The position numbers and the translations under genes are program-made. The notes beneath the pieces were generated by a model, which was given only the letters and a program-made list of their open reading frames with translations, had not been told where the DNA came from and did no database searches. From an uncultured Candidatus Saccharibacteria bacterium (GTDB taxonomy: Bacteria > Patescibacteriota > Saccharimonadia > Saccharimonadales > JAGQNJ01), in contig CAZEED010000006.1 in the NCBI GenBank assembly GCA_964510945.1, forward strand, positions 1 to 54,510: DNA of 54,510 bases, in the 5' to 3' direction. Positions within the stretch are counted from its first letter, which is position 1; every line of letters starts with the position of its first letter. Below are positions 35,428 through 42,726 of this stretch, piece after piece.

Positions 35428-35967
35428 ATGCCGAAATTTGTTAAGCCAAAGAATAGCGATGTCATATGTATACAATTTCATTGTAGCGAATGTAAAAAAC
35501 AATTTATTACGACTATTGACGACTTTTCAAAGTCTTTTGTGTGTTCAAGATGCAAGGCAATCGTAAATACTCTACCGATTTTCTGCCAATACGAAGGATG
35601 CCCTGGACGTTATAGTTATTTCAGGTGTGGCGGGACCATTAAAAGGCTTACTGACCAAGAAAGATTAGCAGAGGAACGAAAAATTCTTAGTTCAGAGCCA
35701 GATATATCTGTAGGGTCAAGACCAACCGATTCTTTTCATGACGAAATGGGCGACATACAAGCTTCGGTCATAACATATAAGTGTGAAAAATGCGGGGACA
35801 GTTATTCACTCCAAGAAGCCAGTAGAAAAGGTGTCGATTCAGGCAATGCTAAATGCCAACGCATAGTGTGTGACACTTGTGGGCGTTATCCTGTGGTAGA
35901 TGGACTACCTGAGCCAGACGAAGGTGCTGACAATAATCCGCTGACGCGATTTTATTTTAATTACTAA
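35428..35967 (+). CDS. hypothetical multi-zinc-ribbon protein
   Basis: 179 aa. CSECKK...CSRCKA, then CEKCGD...CDTCGR. Confidence 0.45.
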   Translation: MPKFVKPKNSDVICIQFHCSECKKQFITTIDDFSKSFVCSRCKAIVNTLPIFCQYEGCPGRYSYFRCGGTIKRLTDQERLAEERKILSSEPDISVGSRPTDSFHDEMGDIQASVITYKCEKCGDSYSLQEASRKGVDSGNAKCQRIVCDTCGRYPVVDGLPEPDEGADNNPLTRFYFNY

Positions 35968-35970
35968 CTA

Positions 35971-36405
35971 CTACCAACTGGACTCATAATTATAAACTTG
36001 CAATGAGTCGCTACCTTTTTCTAATTCTGATTCGAGCACATCTATCGTGTAGTTTATGTTATGGAAATAATTATTATCGTAATCAGTGCTCCCGAATAAA
36101 AATCCTCCTTGTGTTGGCAGTAACTCTGGAGCTTTTTTAGAATCTTTTTTAACCTGATAACAAAGTTCAAGAAGATTCCTGAGTTGTTCAGTGTGTACTT
36201 CATATACTCTGCAATCATCCTCTGAATTCTGGACGTTATTTACAAACCATTTGTGTATTGCGTTGGCTTTTCTCCAGTAAGCTATATCCTCAACTACAAG
36301 CTTTACCCTGCTGATATCTACTTGGCTTTTTATGCCAGCAATTATTAATTTGTTGTCCTTGCTGCCAACATATGTTTTCTTCGTTAGATACATATCTAAG
36401 CTCAT
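35971..36405 (-). CDS. hypothetical protein
   Basis: 144-aa ORF with an AGAGG RBS upstream. No recognisable motif. Confidence 0.45.
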   Translation of the reverse strand: MSLDMYLTKKTYVGSKDNKLIIAGIKSQVDISRVKLVVEDIAYWRKANAIHKWFVNNVQNSEDDCRVYEVHTEQLRNLLELCYQVKKDSKKAPELLPTQGGFLFGSTDYDNNYFHNINYTIDVLESELEKGSDSLQVYNYESSW

Positions 36406-36475
36406 TTTTTAACCTCTAAACAATGTAATATTCTAACTAAATGTTGAATGTTATATCCATATAATAACACCTATT

Positions 36476-36500
36476 GGTTCATGACCTGTATGCTGAGCCA
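36476..36500 (+). repeat. att-like motif, degenerate fourth copy
   Basis: ggttcatgacctgtatgctgagcca compares with the core ggttccgtgacctgtatggggagcca: about 22 of 26 positions match, with one indel. Same orientation. Confidence 0.4.
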
Positions 36501-36507
36501 TACAAAG

Positions 36508-36535
36508 ACGGTCCTCGTTTGAGGGCCGTTTTTGT
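36508..36535 (+). terminator. rho-independent terminator-like hairpin
   Basis: The 9-bp stem acggtcctc/gagggccgt (one G-U pair) has a gttt loop and is followed by ttttgt. No plus-strand CDS lies within about 500 nt upstream. Confidence 0.5.
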
Positions 36536-36794
36536 ATCTTTCTGGGTCGGTCTGGGAACAAGGCAACCCAGCAGCTTTAGCTGCTGATAGGTTGTCGAGT
36601 TCGGTCGTTAGTCACAGGCCCCAGCGTTAGCGGGCGCCTGGATTAACGTGCGTTTGTCCGACCACATTCTGCGGTCCCGAAACTTACTTGATTGAAAACA
36701 AGTTTTCATCAGAAGGTTTCCTTGCGAATTGCCAAAGGCAATTCTCACCCAGGAGCCAAGCATAAGCATTTCAAATGTACGGTATACTAAAAGT

Positions 36795-37031
36795 ATGCAA
36801 AGCAAACTCACGAGTAAAAGAATTAAGTATGGCCTATTTATCGTGATGATGGCAGCAACAATCATACCAAGTATAGATAACTACAATGCTGGAATATACG
36901 CAGACGAACAAGGGCTAAATGGAGCACACGTTGGCTGGTTTGCGCCACATGGATTTGTCATCTTTTTTATTACATCAACCATTACTTTTGCTTATGGCCT
37001 ATATTTATTAGCCAGTTATCATAAAAAATAG
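36795..37031 (+). CDS. small membrane protein
   Basis: The start is taken at ATG 36795 (MQSKLTSKR...), 6 nt after TATACT at 36783-36788. Two hydrophobic segments. The ORF-track start is 36729. Confidence 0.5.
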   Translation: MQSKLTSKRIKYGLFIVMMAATIIPSIDNYNAGIYADEQGLNGAHVGWFAPHGFVIFFITSTITFAYGLYLLASYHKK

Positions 37032-37097
37032 TCCGAGCGCCCACCACCACCAACGGCCAAGCATCCTCCGTCGCTAGGCTTTGGAGGACACGGTAAG
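37027..37097 (+). repeat. 71-nt intergenic repeat, copy 1
   Basis: aatagtccgagcgcccaccaccaccaacggccaagcatcctccgtcgctaggctttggaggacacggtaag. 68 of 71 positions are identical to 37805-37875. It contains the hairpin tcctcc(13 nt)ggagga. Confidence 0.8.
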
Positions 37098-37144
37098 CGA
37101 AATACATAAACTCGCGAGACGTCTCTTCTTGCTATACTTGCTTC

Positions 37145-37546
37145 ATGATAGTGAAAGCAGCATTATTACTTTTCCGTAATAATCACGGTGCTAAAGAACT
37201 GATGTTTGTGCAACCGCACGACAAGCCTTACTACGTTTTTCCTGGAGGTAAGCAAGAAGATAGCGAGACCATTGAACAGGCGCTTGTGAGAGAAATCCAG
37301 GAAGAGCTGTCGGCGGGCATCGAGAACACTAAAGAAATAGGTGTAGTCACCGGCCAAACACCTGACGGACGAGAACTAGAGATGCATTTATTCACAGCAG
37401 ATCTTCTTAACGAGCCCCGTGCAGCTTCTGAGATAGCTAACATTTACTGGCTTGACAATTCATCCGCGCATGAACATAAGAGCATGATGACACCAATGAC
37501 CCTAGACCATGTTATGCCTTTCTTAAGCAAAAACGGTATTTGGTAG
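37145..37546 (+). CDS. NUDIX hydrolase
   Basis: Nudix box GGKQEDSETIEQALVREIQEELS (Gx5Ex7REUxEExGU). TATACT lies 6 nt upstream of the ATG. Confidence 0.85.
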   Translation: MIVKAALLLFRNNHGAKELMFVQPHDKPYYVFPGGKQEDSETIEQALVREIQEELSAGIENTKEIGVVTGQTPDGRELEMHLFTADLLNEPRAASEIANIYWLDNSSAHEHKSMMTPMTLDHVMPFLSKNGIW

Positions 37547-37632
37547 CCCAAAATCTTGCTTATTTATGAATCTAACGTCCATCTCTAGCGATAGTTCTTA
37601 TGATACAATGACCAAATAAAGGAATACCATCG

Positions 37633-37794
37633 ATGTTAATACTGGCTTTTTACGACAACACTCCGATACCCGCATCTGATGCTGTGTTCATATGGGCACT
37701 TATTGCAGGAATTTTTGTATTAATCTTTTTGGTTTTTTACATACCAATTAGAATAATTAAACGTTTTGGTGGAAAAAAGAGCAAACGTAGCTGA
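37633..37794 (+). CDS. possible small membrane protein (53 aa, below the ORF-track cutoff)
   Basis: The ORF runs from ATG 37633 to TGA 37792-37794. It encodes MLILAFYDNTPIPASDAVFIWALIAGIFVLIFLVFYIPIRIIKRFGGKKSKRS, one TM segment plus a basic tail. Read manually. Confidence 0.3.
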   Translation: MLILAFYDNTPIPASDAVFIWALIAGIFVLIFLVFYIPIRIIKRFGGKKSKRS

Positions 37795-37804
37795 CAGAAA
37801 TCAG

Positions 37805-37875
37805 AATAGTCCGAGCGCCCACCACCACCAAGAACCAAGCATCCTCCGTCGCTAGGCTTTGGAGGACACGGTAAG
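37805..37875 (+). repeat. 71-nt intergenic repeat, copy 2
   Basis: See copy 1. It is followed by the terminator-like hairpin agaggc(gaga)gcctct plus tttgtcgtttt at about 37890-37917. Confidence 0.8.
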
Positions 37876-37934
37876 ATGAATGAATAACAGAGGCGAGAAG
37901 CCTCTTTTGTCGTTTTGGGTTATACTTTCTTTAG

Positions 37935-38894
37935 ATGAGCAAATTACAAAGCCCCACAAACAGACTTGCTTTGACTGGTGAATTCGAGCCTTTCATCGCC
38001 ACTATTGCCGAATCTTACGGTATCGGCGCTCCAAGTGATCATTCCGTTATTGGTGTGGGGTATGAAGACTGTAATGTAGTTATAGATACTGAGCACAGCC
38101 GGTACGTGGCCAAGATGTTCGCTCAAACCCGTAAGCCCGATGAAGTTGACCGATACGTTCAAATTATGGAGCGTGTTGTCGACGCTGGCGTAAACCACCC
38201 AGAACTTCTCAAGACTAAGTTTGGTGATGTTGTGCTTTCTGACAGCGGTGTATCTCTGGTGCTAATGCCTTTTATCGAAGGCAAGACCTTCCTAGAGCTC
38301 GACCGAGCACCAACTGATGAAGAACGTGTAGCTGTCCTCGAACAAGCTGCCAAGGTGAATAACATTGATTACGAGCCTCCGTATCTGTTTGATAGCTGGG
38401 CTATCCCCAATATTCGTAGCATGTACGACCGCGTTAAGCAGTATGTTAAACCCGAAGACCTCGAGCTGGCCGAACGTGCTATGGCTAGCTATGAAGCAAT
38501 CCCAGTCGATAGCCTGCCGAGTTGTTTCGTGCATGGCGACTTCACGAAAGCCAATGTCCTTTTGGCTAACGACGGTCCAATCTACATCTTGGACTTCTCG
38601 GTAGCTAATCGCTATCCACGCATTCAGGAGTTAGCTGTTATCGTCGCCAATCTACTACACAGTGACAGAGGAGAGTCTTTGGCTGACAGGTGTAACCGTG
38701 TTGCTGACGAATACAGTAGGTTCAACGAACTTACACCTGAGGAGCGAAAACACTTGCCAACCTATGCACTTGCGGGAGTTACCATGGAGTTTCTGGGCTC
38801 CCATCAAGAGAAGTTTATCAACGGCAACGACACTGACGAGACGGATTATTGGTTGAGTCTTGGCCGTGAAGGACTACAGAGAGAGTTAGCGTGA
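37935..38894 (+). CDS. aminoglycoside/choline/homoserine-kinase-type phosphotransferase (APH fold)
   Basis: 319 aa. The catalytic region FVHGDFTKANVLLANDGPIYILDFS matches HGDxxxxN...DF. TATACT lies 8 nt upstream of the ATG. Confidence 0.75.
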   Translation: MSKLQSPTNRLALTGEFEPFIATIAESYGIGAPSDHSVIGVGYEDCNVVIDTEHSRYVAKMFAQTRKPDEVDRYVQIMERVVDAGVNHPELLKTKFGDVVLSDSGVSLVLMPFIEGKTFLELDRAPTDEERVAVLEQAAKVNNIDYEPPYLFDSWAIPNIRSMYDRVKQYVKPEDLELAERAMASYEAIPVDSLPSCFVHGDFTKANVLLANDGPIYILDFSVANRYPRIQELAVIVANLLHSDRGESLADRCNRVADEYSRFNELTPEERKHLPTYALAGVTMEFLGSHQEKFINGNDTDETDYWLSLGREGLQRELA

Positions 38895-39388
38895 AAGATG
38901 TTTACATTGGCAAGGGCAAACTAGCTGGCAAGGGTGTCTACGCTGCTCGTGACTTCAAAAAAGGTGAGCTGATCAAGTATTGGGACTTAAAGCCGCTGAC
39001 TCAAGCCGAGTTTAATGCCCTGCCCAAGAGCGAACACATGTTCGTGCATACCTTCGACGGTAAGTTGTTCTTGTTCCCAGAACCTTCGCGCTACACAAAC
39101 CATTCAGCCAATCCTACAGTGCGTTCAGATTTTGATAAGCAATGTGACTACGCTATTCGAGACATTAAAAAGGGCGAGCCAATAACCATCAATGCCAACT
39201 TAGAAGTAAGGCATGAGCTTGAAACCTTTGTCGCTACGCATGAGAAGGCCAAAATATTCGACTTTAAGTGGCTAAAAGGCGGTTACCGGAATGCCGAGGT
39301 CCGATACACATTACCTCGTGGTCGTTTAAAGACTTTAAAGCTCAGACGTATCAGCGGTAATTGGAGGATTCTTAACGTGAAAGAGTGA
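38891..39388 (+). CDS. SET-domain protein (putative protein lysine methyltransferase)
   Basis: 165 aa with a GTG start overlapping the kinase stop (GTGA). GKGVYAARDFKKGELI and RYTNHSANPTV resemble SET motifs (NHSxxPN). Confidence 0.55.
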   Translation: MKDVYIGKGKLAGKGVYAARDFKKGELIKYWDLKPLTQAEFNALPKSEHMFVHTFDGKLFLFPEPSRYTNHSANPTVRSDFDKQCDYAIRDIKKGEPITINANLEVRHELETFVATHEKAKIFDFKWLKGGYRNAEVRYTLPRGRLKTLKLRRISGNWRILNVKE

Positions 39389-39515
39389 TTAGAAGTTAAG
39401 ACTTCTAGAAAAATCTATATTCTGAAAATAAAACCTAGTACGAAGTATATCAGCTATAGGGATTCACACATAAGCACATTGAATGTAGACCACTTTTATT
39501 TGCTATTATTGATGT

Positions 39516-40355
39516 ATGTCAAAAACAATGAGCCTTAGTAGCCGATTTAGACTAGGCTTTTTAATTATTAGCTCATTCATGCTCTTTGAGCTTGTCGTAG
39601 GACTCTTGACTGGCAGTTTAATACTAATTGCTGATGCAGCCCACAATTTGACTGATTCGGTGACGCTCACAATATCGTGGATAGGTAATAAGATTGCCCA
39701 GAAGCCTGCTGACAAAAGTCATTCATTAGGCCATGGGAGAATTTCGGTCCTCGCCGCACTAATCAACAGCGTCATATTAGTAGTTATGGCAGTGTTTATC
39801 TTTTTCGAATCCTACCAGCGATTCCAACATCCACAAGAGTTAAGCGGTGGAGTCATTGCTTTTGTCGGCATGATTGGGATATTTGCTAATGGCATGGTGG
39901 CCTTCCTATTTCGTAAAAATAGGGATGATCTGAATGTTGAAGCAGCATTTACAAACATGGCGTTTGACGCAATATTCTCCATCGCAGCCTTCGTTGCTGG
40001 AGTGCTAATTGCCATCACAGGCCAAACATGGATTGACCCACTTATCAGTGTAGGAGTTGGTGTTGGATTAATCTATGCTGCGATTGCTATATTGCGTCAA
40101 GCTACTCACATTTTTTTGGAAGGTGTGCCCAAAGGAGTTAACCTTGGTCGCATAAAGAAGACTATTTTAGAGAACAAGAACATTAATGCCGTAAAGGATG
40201 TGGCAGTCTGGGCTATCGCCAGCGATGAATATGTTCTATGTTGTACAGTGACACCACTTGATAATAGCTATGAAAATATGCGTGATACTATTAAAAATAT
40301 AAAGAGAGATCTGAAGAAACAAGGCTTCACTAAAATTTTCATAGAAATATCGTAA
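39516..40355 (+). CDS. czcD: cation diffusion facilitator family transporter
   Basis: 279 aa. ADAAHNLTDS (TM2 HxxxD), HSLGHGR, about 6 TM segments and a C-terminal cytoplasmic domain. Confidence 0.8.
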   Translation: MSKTMSLSSRFRLGFLIISSFMLFELVVGLLTGSLILIADAAHNLTDSVTLTISWIGNKIAQKPADKSHSLGHGRISVLAALINSVILVVMAVFIFFESYQRFQHPQELSGGVIAFVGMIGIFANGMVAFLFRKNRDDLNVEAAFTNMAFDAIFSIAAFVAGVLIAITGQTWIDPLISVGVGVGLIYAAIAILRQATHIFLEGVPKGVNLGRIKKTILENKNINAVKDVAVWAIASDEYVLCCTVTPLDNSYENMRDTIKNIKRDLKKQGFTKIFIEIS

Positions 40356-40444
40356 TTCTAAAGTCCGTCAATACTGAGAGCCAAGGTTAGGTATCACGGG
40401 GCTTAAAAGGGTCTATTTTCGAACAATTAGGTTATTATAAAAAC

Positions 40445-40963
40445 ATGAACCAAATTATTGTCATTACTGGTCCTACAGGGTCAGGAAAAAGTACAGTATC
40501 CCTTGCTCTAGCTAAGCGAATCGACAGATGTGTATATATTGAGGTTGATCATATAAAACACATGATCATATCCGGTTTTCATAAGAGCGACAAGGGAGAC
40601 GGCAAAGTTGCGTGGGTATACTCTGAATGGAAGCTTGTCGGTGAAACCATCGGAAAAATCAGTAGCAACTTTCTAGATCATAACTTCTCGGTGGTAATCG
40701 GCGGATATATGCATGCCGAAGGTTGGGAAGAGCTCGAAAAACATGTCAAGATCACCTTAAAGGTAGCACTTAGTCCCTCTAGAGAAACTATTAAAATACG
40801 AGACTCTGAGCGAGACGAAAAGTATTTCATGGGCGAGGAAGCCATTGAAGAACATCTAGATTATCTGTCAAACCCGAAGTTCTCTAGTTTTAGAAAGCTA
40901 GATTCATCAGATCAGAGCGTCGACGAAATAGTGGATGAAATCATTGGTATGCTCGAAGAGTAG
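40445..40963 (+). CDS. P-loop kinase/AAA-family protein
   Basis: 172 aa. Walker A ITGPTGSGKST. Small-kinase size. Confidence 0.55.
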   Translation: MNQIIVITGPTGSGKSTVSLALAKRIDRCVYIEVDHIKHMIISGFHKSDKGDGKVAWVYSEWKLVGETIGKISSNFLDHNFSVVIGGYMHAEGWEELEKHVKITLKVALSPSRETIKIRDSERDEKYFMGEEAIEEHLDYLSNPKFSSFRKLDSSDQSVDEIVDEIIGMLEE

Positions 40964-41015
40964 TATGAATTGTGTTTGCCAATAATAGATAAATAAAAGA
41001 CGGTAGTATTAACGT

Positions 41016-41318
41016 CTATTTTGTGACAATTTTTTCAATATCTTTAATTAATGAAACAAATTTATCTGACTTTTTAGTTATAAAATATCTGTTTTCTTTA
41101 CCGCATTCTCGACAATTTACTAGACCATCTGCTTTTAACAAGTTCAGTTTTTTTGACAGAGTTACAGCGTTTATATCAGTCATTCTTTTTAATTCGTTAA
41201 AAGATTTTTCACCAAAATTGATTAGTTCATAAAGAATTAATATATTGCTAGAATCTCCTATTATTTTAGAGATTAACTTTGTTTTATTGATTTGTTCTTG
41301 ACTATATATCGTCCGCAT
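41016..41318 (-). CDS. ArsR/HxlR-type winged-helix transcriptional regulator
   Basis: 100 aa. ILYELINFGEKSFNELKRMTDINAVTLSKKLNLLKADGLV fits the wHTH pattern. Confidence 0.7.
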   Translation of the reverse strand: MRTIYSQEQINKTKLISKIIGDSSNILILYELINFGEKSFNELKRMTDINAVTLSKKLNLLKADGLVNCRECGKENRYFITKKSDKFVSLIKDIEKIVTK

Positions 41319-41333
41319 TAGTATACTTTGTTT

Positions 41334-41356
41334 ACTAGTTAATTATATTAACTAGT
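41334..41356. promoter_or_regulatory. candidate operator palindrome
   Basis: A perfect 10-bp inverted repeat with a 3-bp spacer, actagttaat-tat-attaactagt. It lies between the ArsR-type gene and a divergent small ORF. Confidence 0.45.
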
Positions 41357-41400
41357 TTAGCATATTAGCAATTTTGTGCAAGTAAACTAAAGGAGGGCAA

Positions 41401-41568
41401 ATGAAATTAACCAAGCAATACAACACAAATAGTAAAAAATTAAGACGAGTAGTCATCGACGATATGAAATATCTTCAGAAGAGAATATCCGGCAAAAGTG
41501 TATACAAAAGCATGAGTGCGATCTATCTTCGAAGGCCTAAACATAGAAAATTAGGGTTTGAGTATTAA
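41401..41568 (+). CDS. possible small basic protein (55 aa, below the ORF-track cutoff)
   Basis: The ORF runs from ATG 41401, preceded by AAAGGAGGG, to TAA 41566-41568. It encodes MKLTKQYNTNSKKLRRVVIDDMKYLQKRISGKSVYKSMSAIYLRRPKHRKLGFEY. Read manually. Confidence 0.35.
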   Translation: MKLTKQYNTNSKKLRRVVIDDMKYLQKRISGKSVYKSMSAIYLRRPKHRKLGFEY

Positions 41569-41600
41569 GATTTATTTTTTAAAAATGGTAACTATTAGAT

Positions 41601-42104
41601 TTGGAGACAGATATAAGTACGATTATTCATAAAAGCCCAGTTCTACTTACATTCAAGATTATTATCCTTGAAGTACTTATTGAACTTCTTTACTTGGTAA
41701 TTAGTGGATTGGCTCAACTAATTGGTCAGCAGTTTGACTATAACATCAGGCTAATATCTCCCTTGACACAACTACTGTTATTGCCTGTCCAAATTAGTGT
41801 TCTTGTTTTTTTGCTCACAAAGTGGAGTGGTGAAACGTATGAAATACAAAAGGAAGAAATAATTATCCGTTCCGGGATTCTAAAGCGAACTGAAAAGGCT
41901 TATCCCTTCAGGAATATGCAGTCAGTGATCGTTAGACAGTCGATATTGGAAAGACTGGTTGGTGCAGGGTCTGTCTCTGTATTCATACCAACACTTGGCA
42001 CTGACCTGGTATTTTCTGAAGTCCCTAATCCACAAAAATTCGCCGAACAAATAAAAGAGGCGACACCCGATCAATTTAATAGCCAGTTCATAATGAGAAA
42101 ATAA
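41601..42104 (+). CDS. membrane protein with bacterial PH domain (YdbS/YdbT-like bPH_2)
   Basis: 167 aa with a TTG start. Two N-terminal TM segments are followed by YEIQKEEIIIRSGILKRTEKAYPFRNMQSVIVRQSILERLVGAGSV. Confidence 0.6.
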   Translation: METDISTIIHKSPVLLTFKIIILEVLIELLYLVISGLAQLIGQQFDYNIRLISPLTQLLLLPVQISVLVFLLTKWSGETYEIQKEEIIIRSGILKRTEKAYPFRNMQSVIVRQSILERLVGAGSVSVFIPTLGTDLVFSEVPNPQKFAEQIKEATPDQFNSQFIMRK

Positions 42105-42168
42105 ATTAATTATTAAATAATGCTTATGTGTGCAAACTACTTATTTGTATAATGTTAAAATAATAATA

Positions 42169-42471
42169 ATGACTATAAAAATATCTGATGGAGTTGCGCA
42201 TAAAGTACCGACAGACCTAGGCAGCGCACTGAAATCTGATGAATCGGCGTTGGAACGTTGGGAAGACCTCACTCCACTTGCTCGGAATGAATGGATTTGC
42301 TGGAACATAAGCGTTAAACAAGAAGCGACACGCAAAAAGCATATAGAAAGAACAATTACGGAGCTAAAACAAGGCAAGCGTCGACCTTGTTGTTGGATGG
42401 GGTGCGTCCACCGCTCAGATAAAGCTATAAACTCAACACAAAAATGGATTCTAGACAATCAGCCAAAGTAG
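42169..42471 (+). CDS. YdeI/OmpD-associated (OmdA) family protein
   Basis: WEDLTPLARNEWICWNISVKQEATRKKHIERTITELKQGKRRPCCW matches the YdeI/OmdA C-terminal pattern. The start is taken at ATG 42169; the ORF-track start is 42130. Confidence 0.6.
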   Translation: MTIKISDGVAHKVPTDLGSALKSDESALERWEDLTPLARNEWICWNISVKQEATRKKHIERTITELKQGKRRPCCWMGCVHRSDKAINSTQKWILDNQPK

Positions 42472-42531
42472 ATAAAAGTTATGCAAAAACCTAATATCGA
42501 ATTACAATAATAGTAAATAAGGAGGACTAGA

Positions 42532-42720
42532 ATGATTTTACTTGGAATAATACTTTGGGTTTTACTGGCACTTTGGCCAGCAATGTTGGCAAAACGTAAG
42601 GGGTACAGTTTTGTTCTGTTCCTGATATTGTCTTGGTTTGTATCATTCATTATCACTCTACTTGCGGTATTGTTTTTAAAAGACAAGAATGAAGATTCTT
42701 CTGACCAAAAAGTTAATTAA
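42532..42720 (+). CDS. small two-TM membrane protein
   Basis: 62 aa. AAGGAGG RBS upstream and two hydrophobic helices. Confidence 0.5.
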   Translation: MILLGIILWVLLALWPAMLAKRKGYSFVLFLILSWFVSFIITLLAVLFLKDKNEDSSDQKVN

Positions 42721-42726
42721 CCGCGA

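Noticed and set aside
35188-35502. ORFs 35188-35502 (-) and 35239-35424 (+) across att-like copy B
   Set aside because: They lie over the repeat and intergenic DNA. The minus ORF is in a different frame from the short recombinase-tail-like remnant, which itself is closed by stops on both sides. I treat this as non-coding or remnant DNA.
36608-36865. 85-aa minus-strand ORF in the GC-rich intergenic region
   Set aside because: It overlaps the start region of the plus-strand membrane-protein gene and the hairpin-rich segment. No RBS or motif.
37029-37120. Stop-codon read-through or recoding into the 71-nt repeat (in frame with upstream ORFs in both copies; encodes PPPP)
   Set aside because: The in-frame arrangement could be chance. 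All three copy differences are non-synonymous. TAG and TGA clearly act as stops in well-supported genes across the window.
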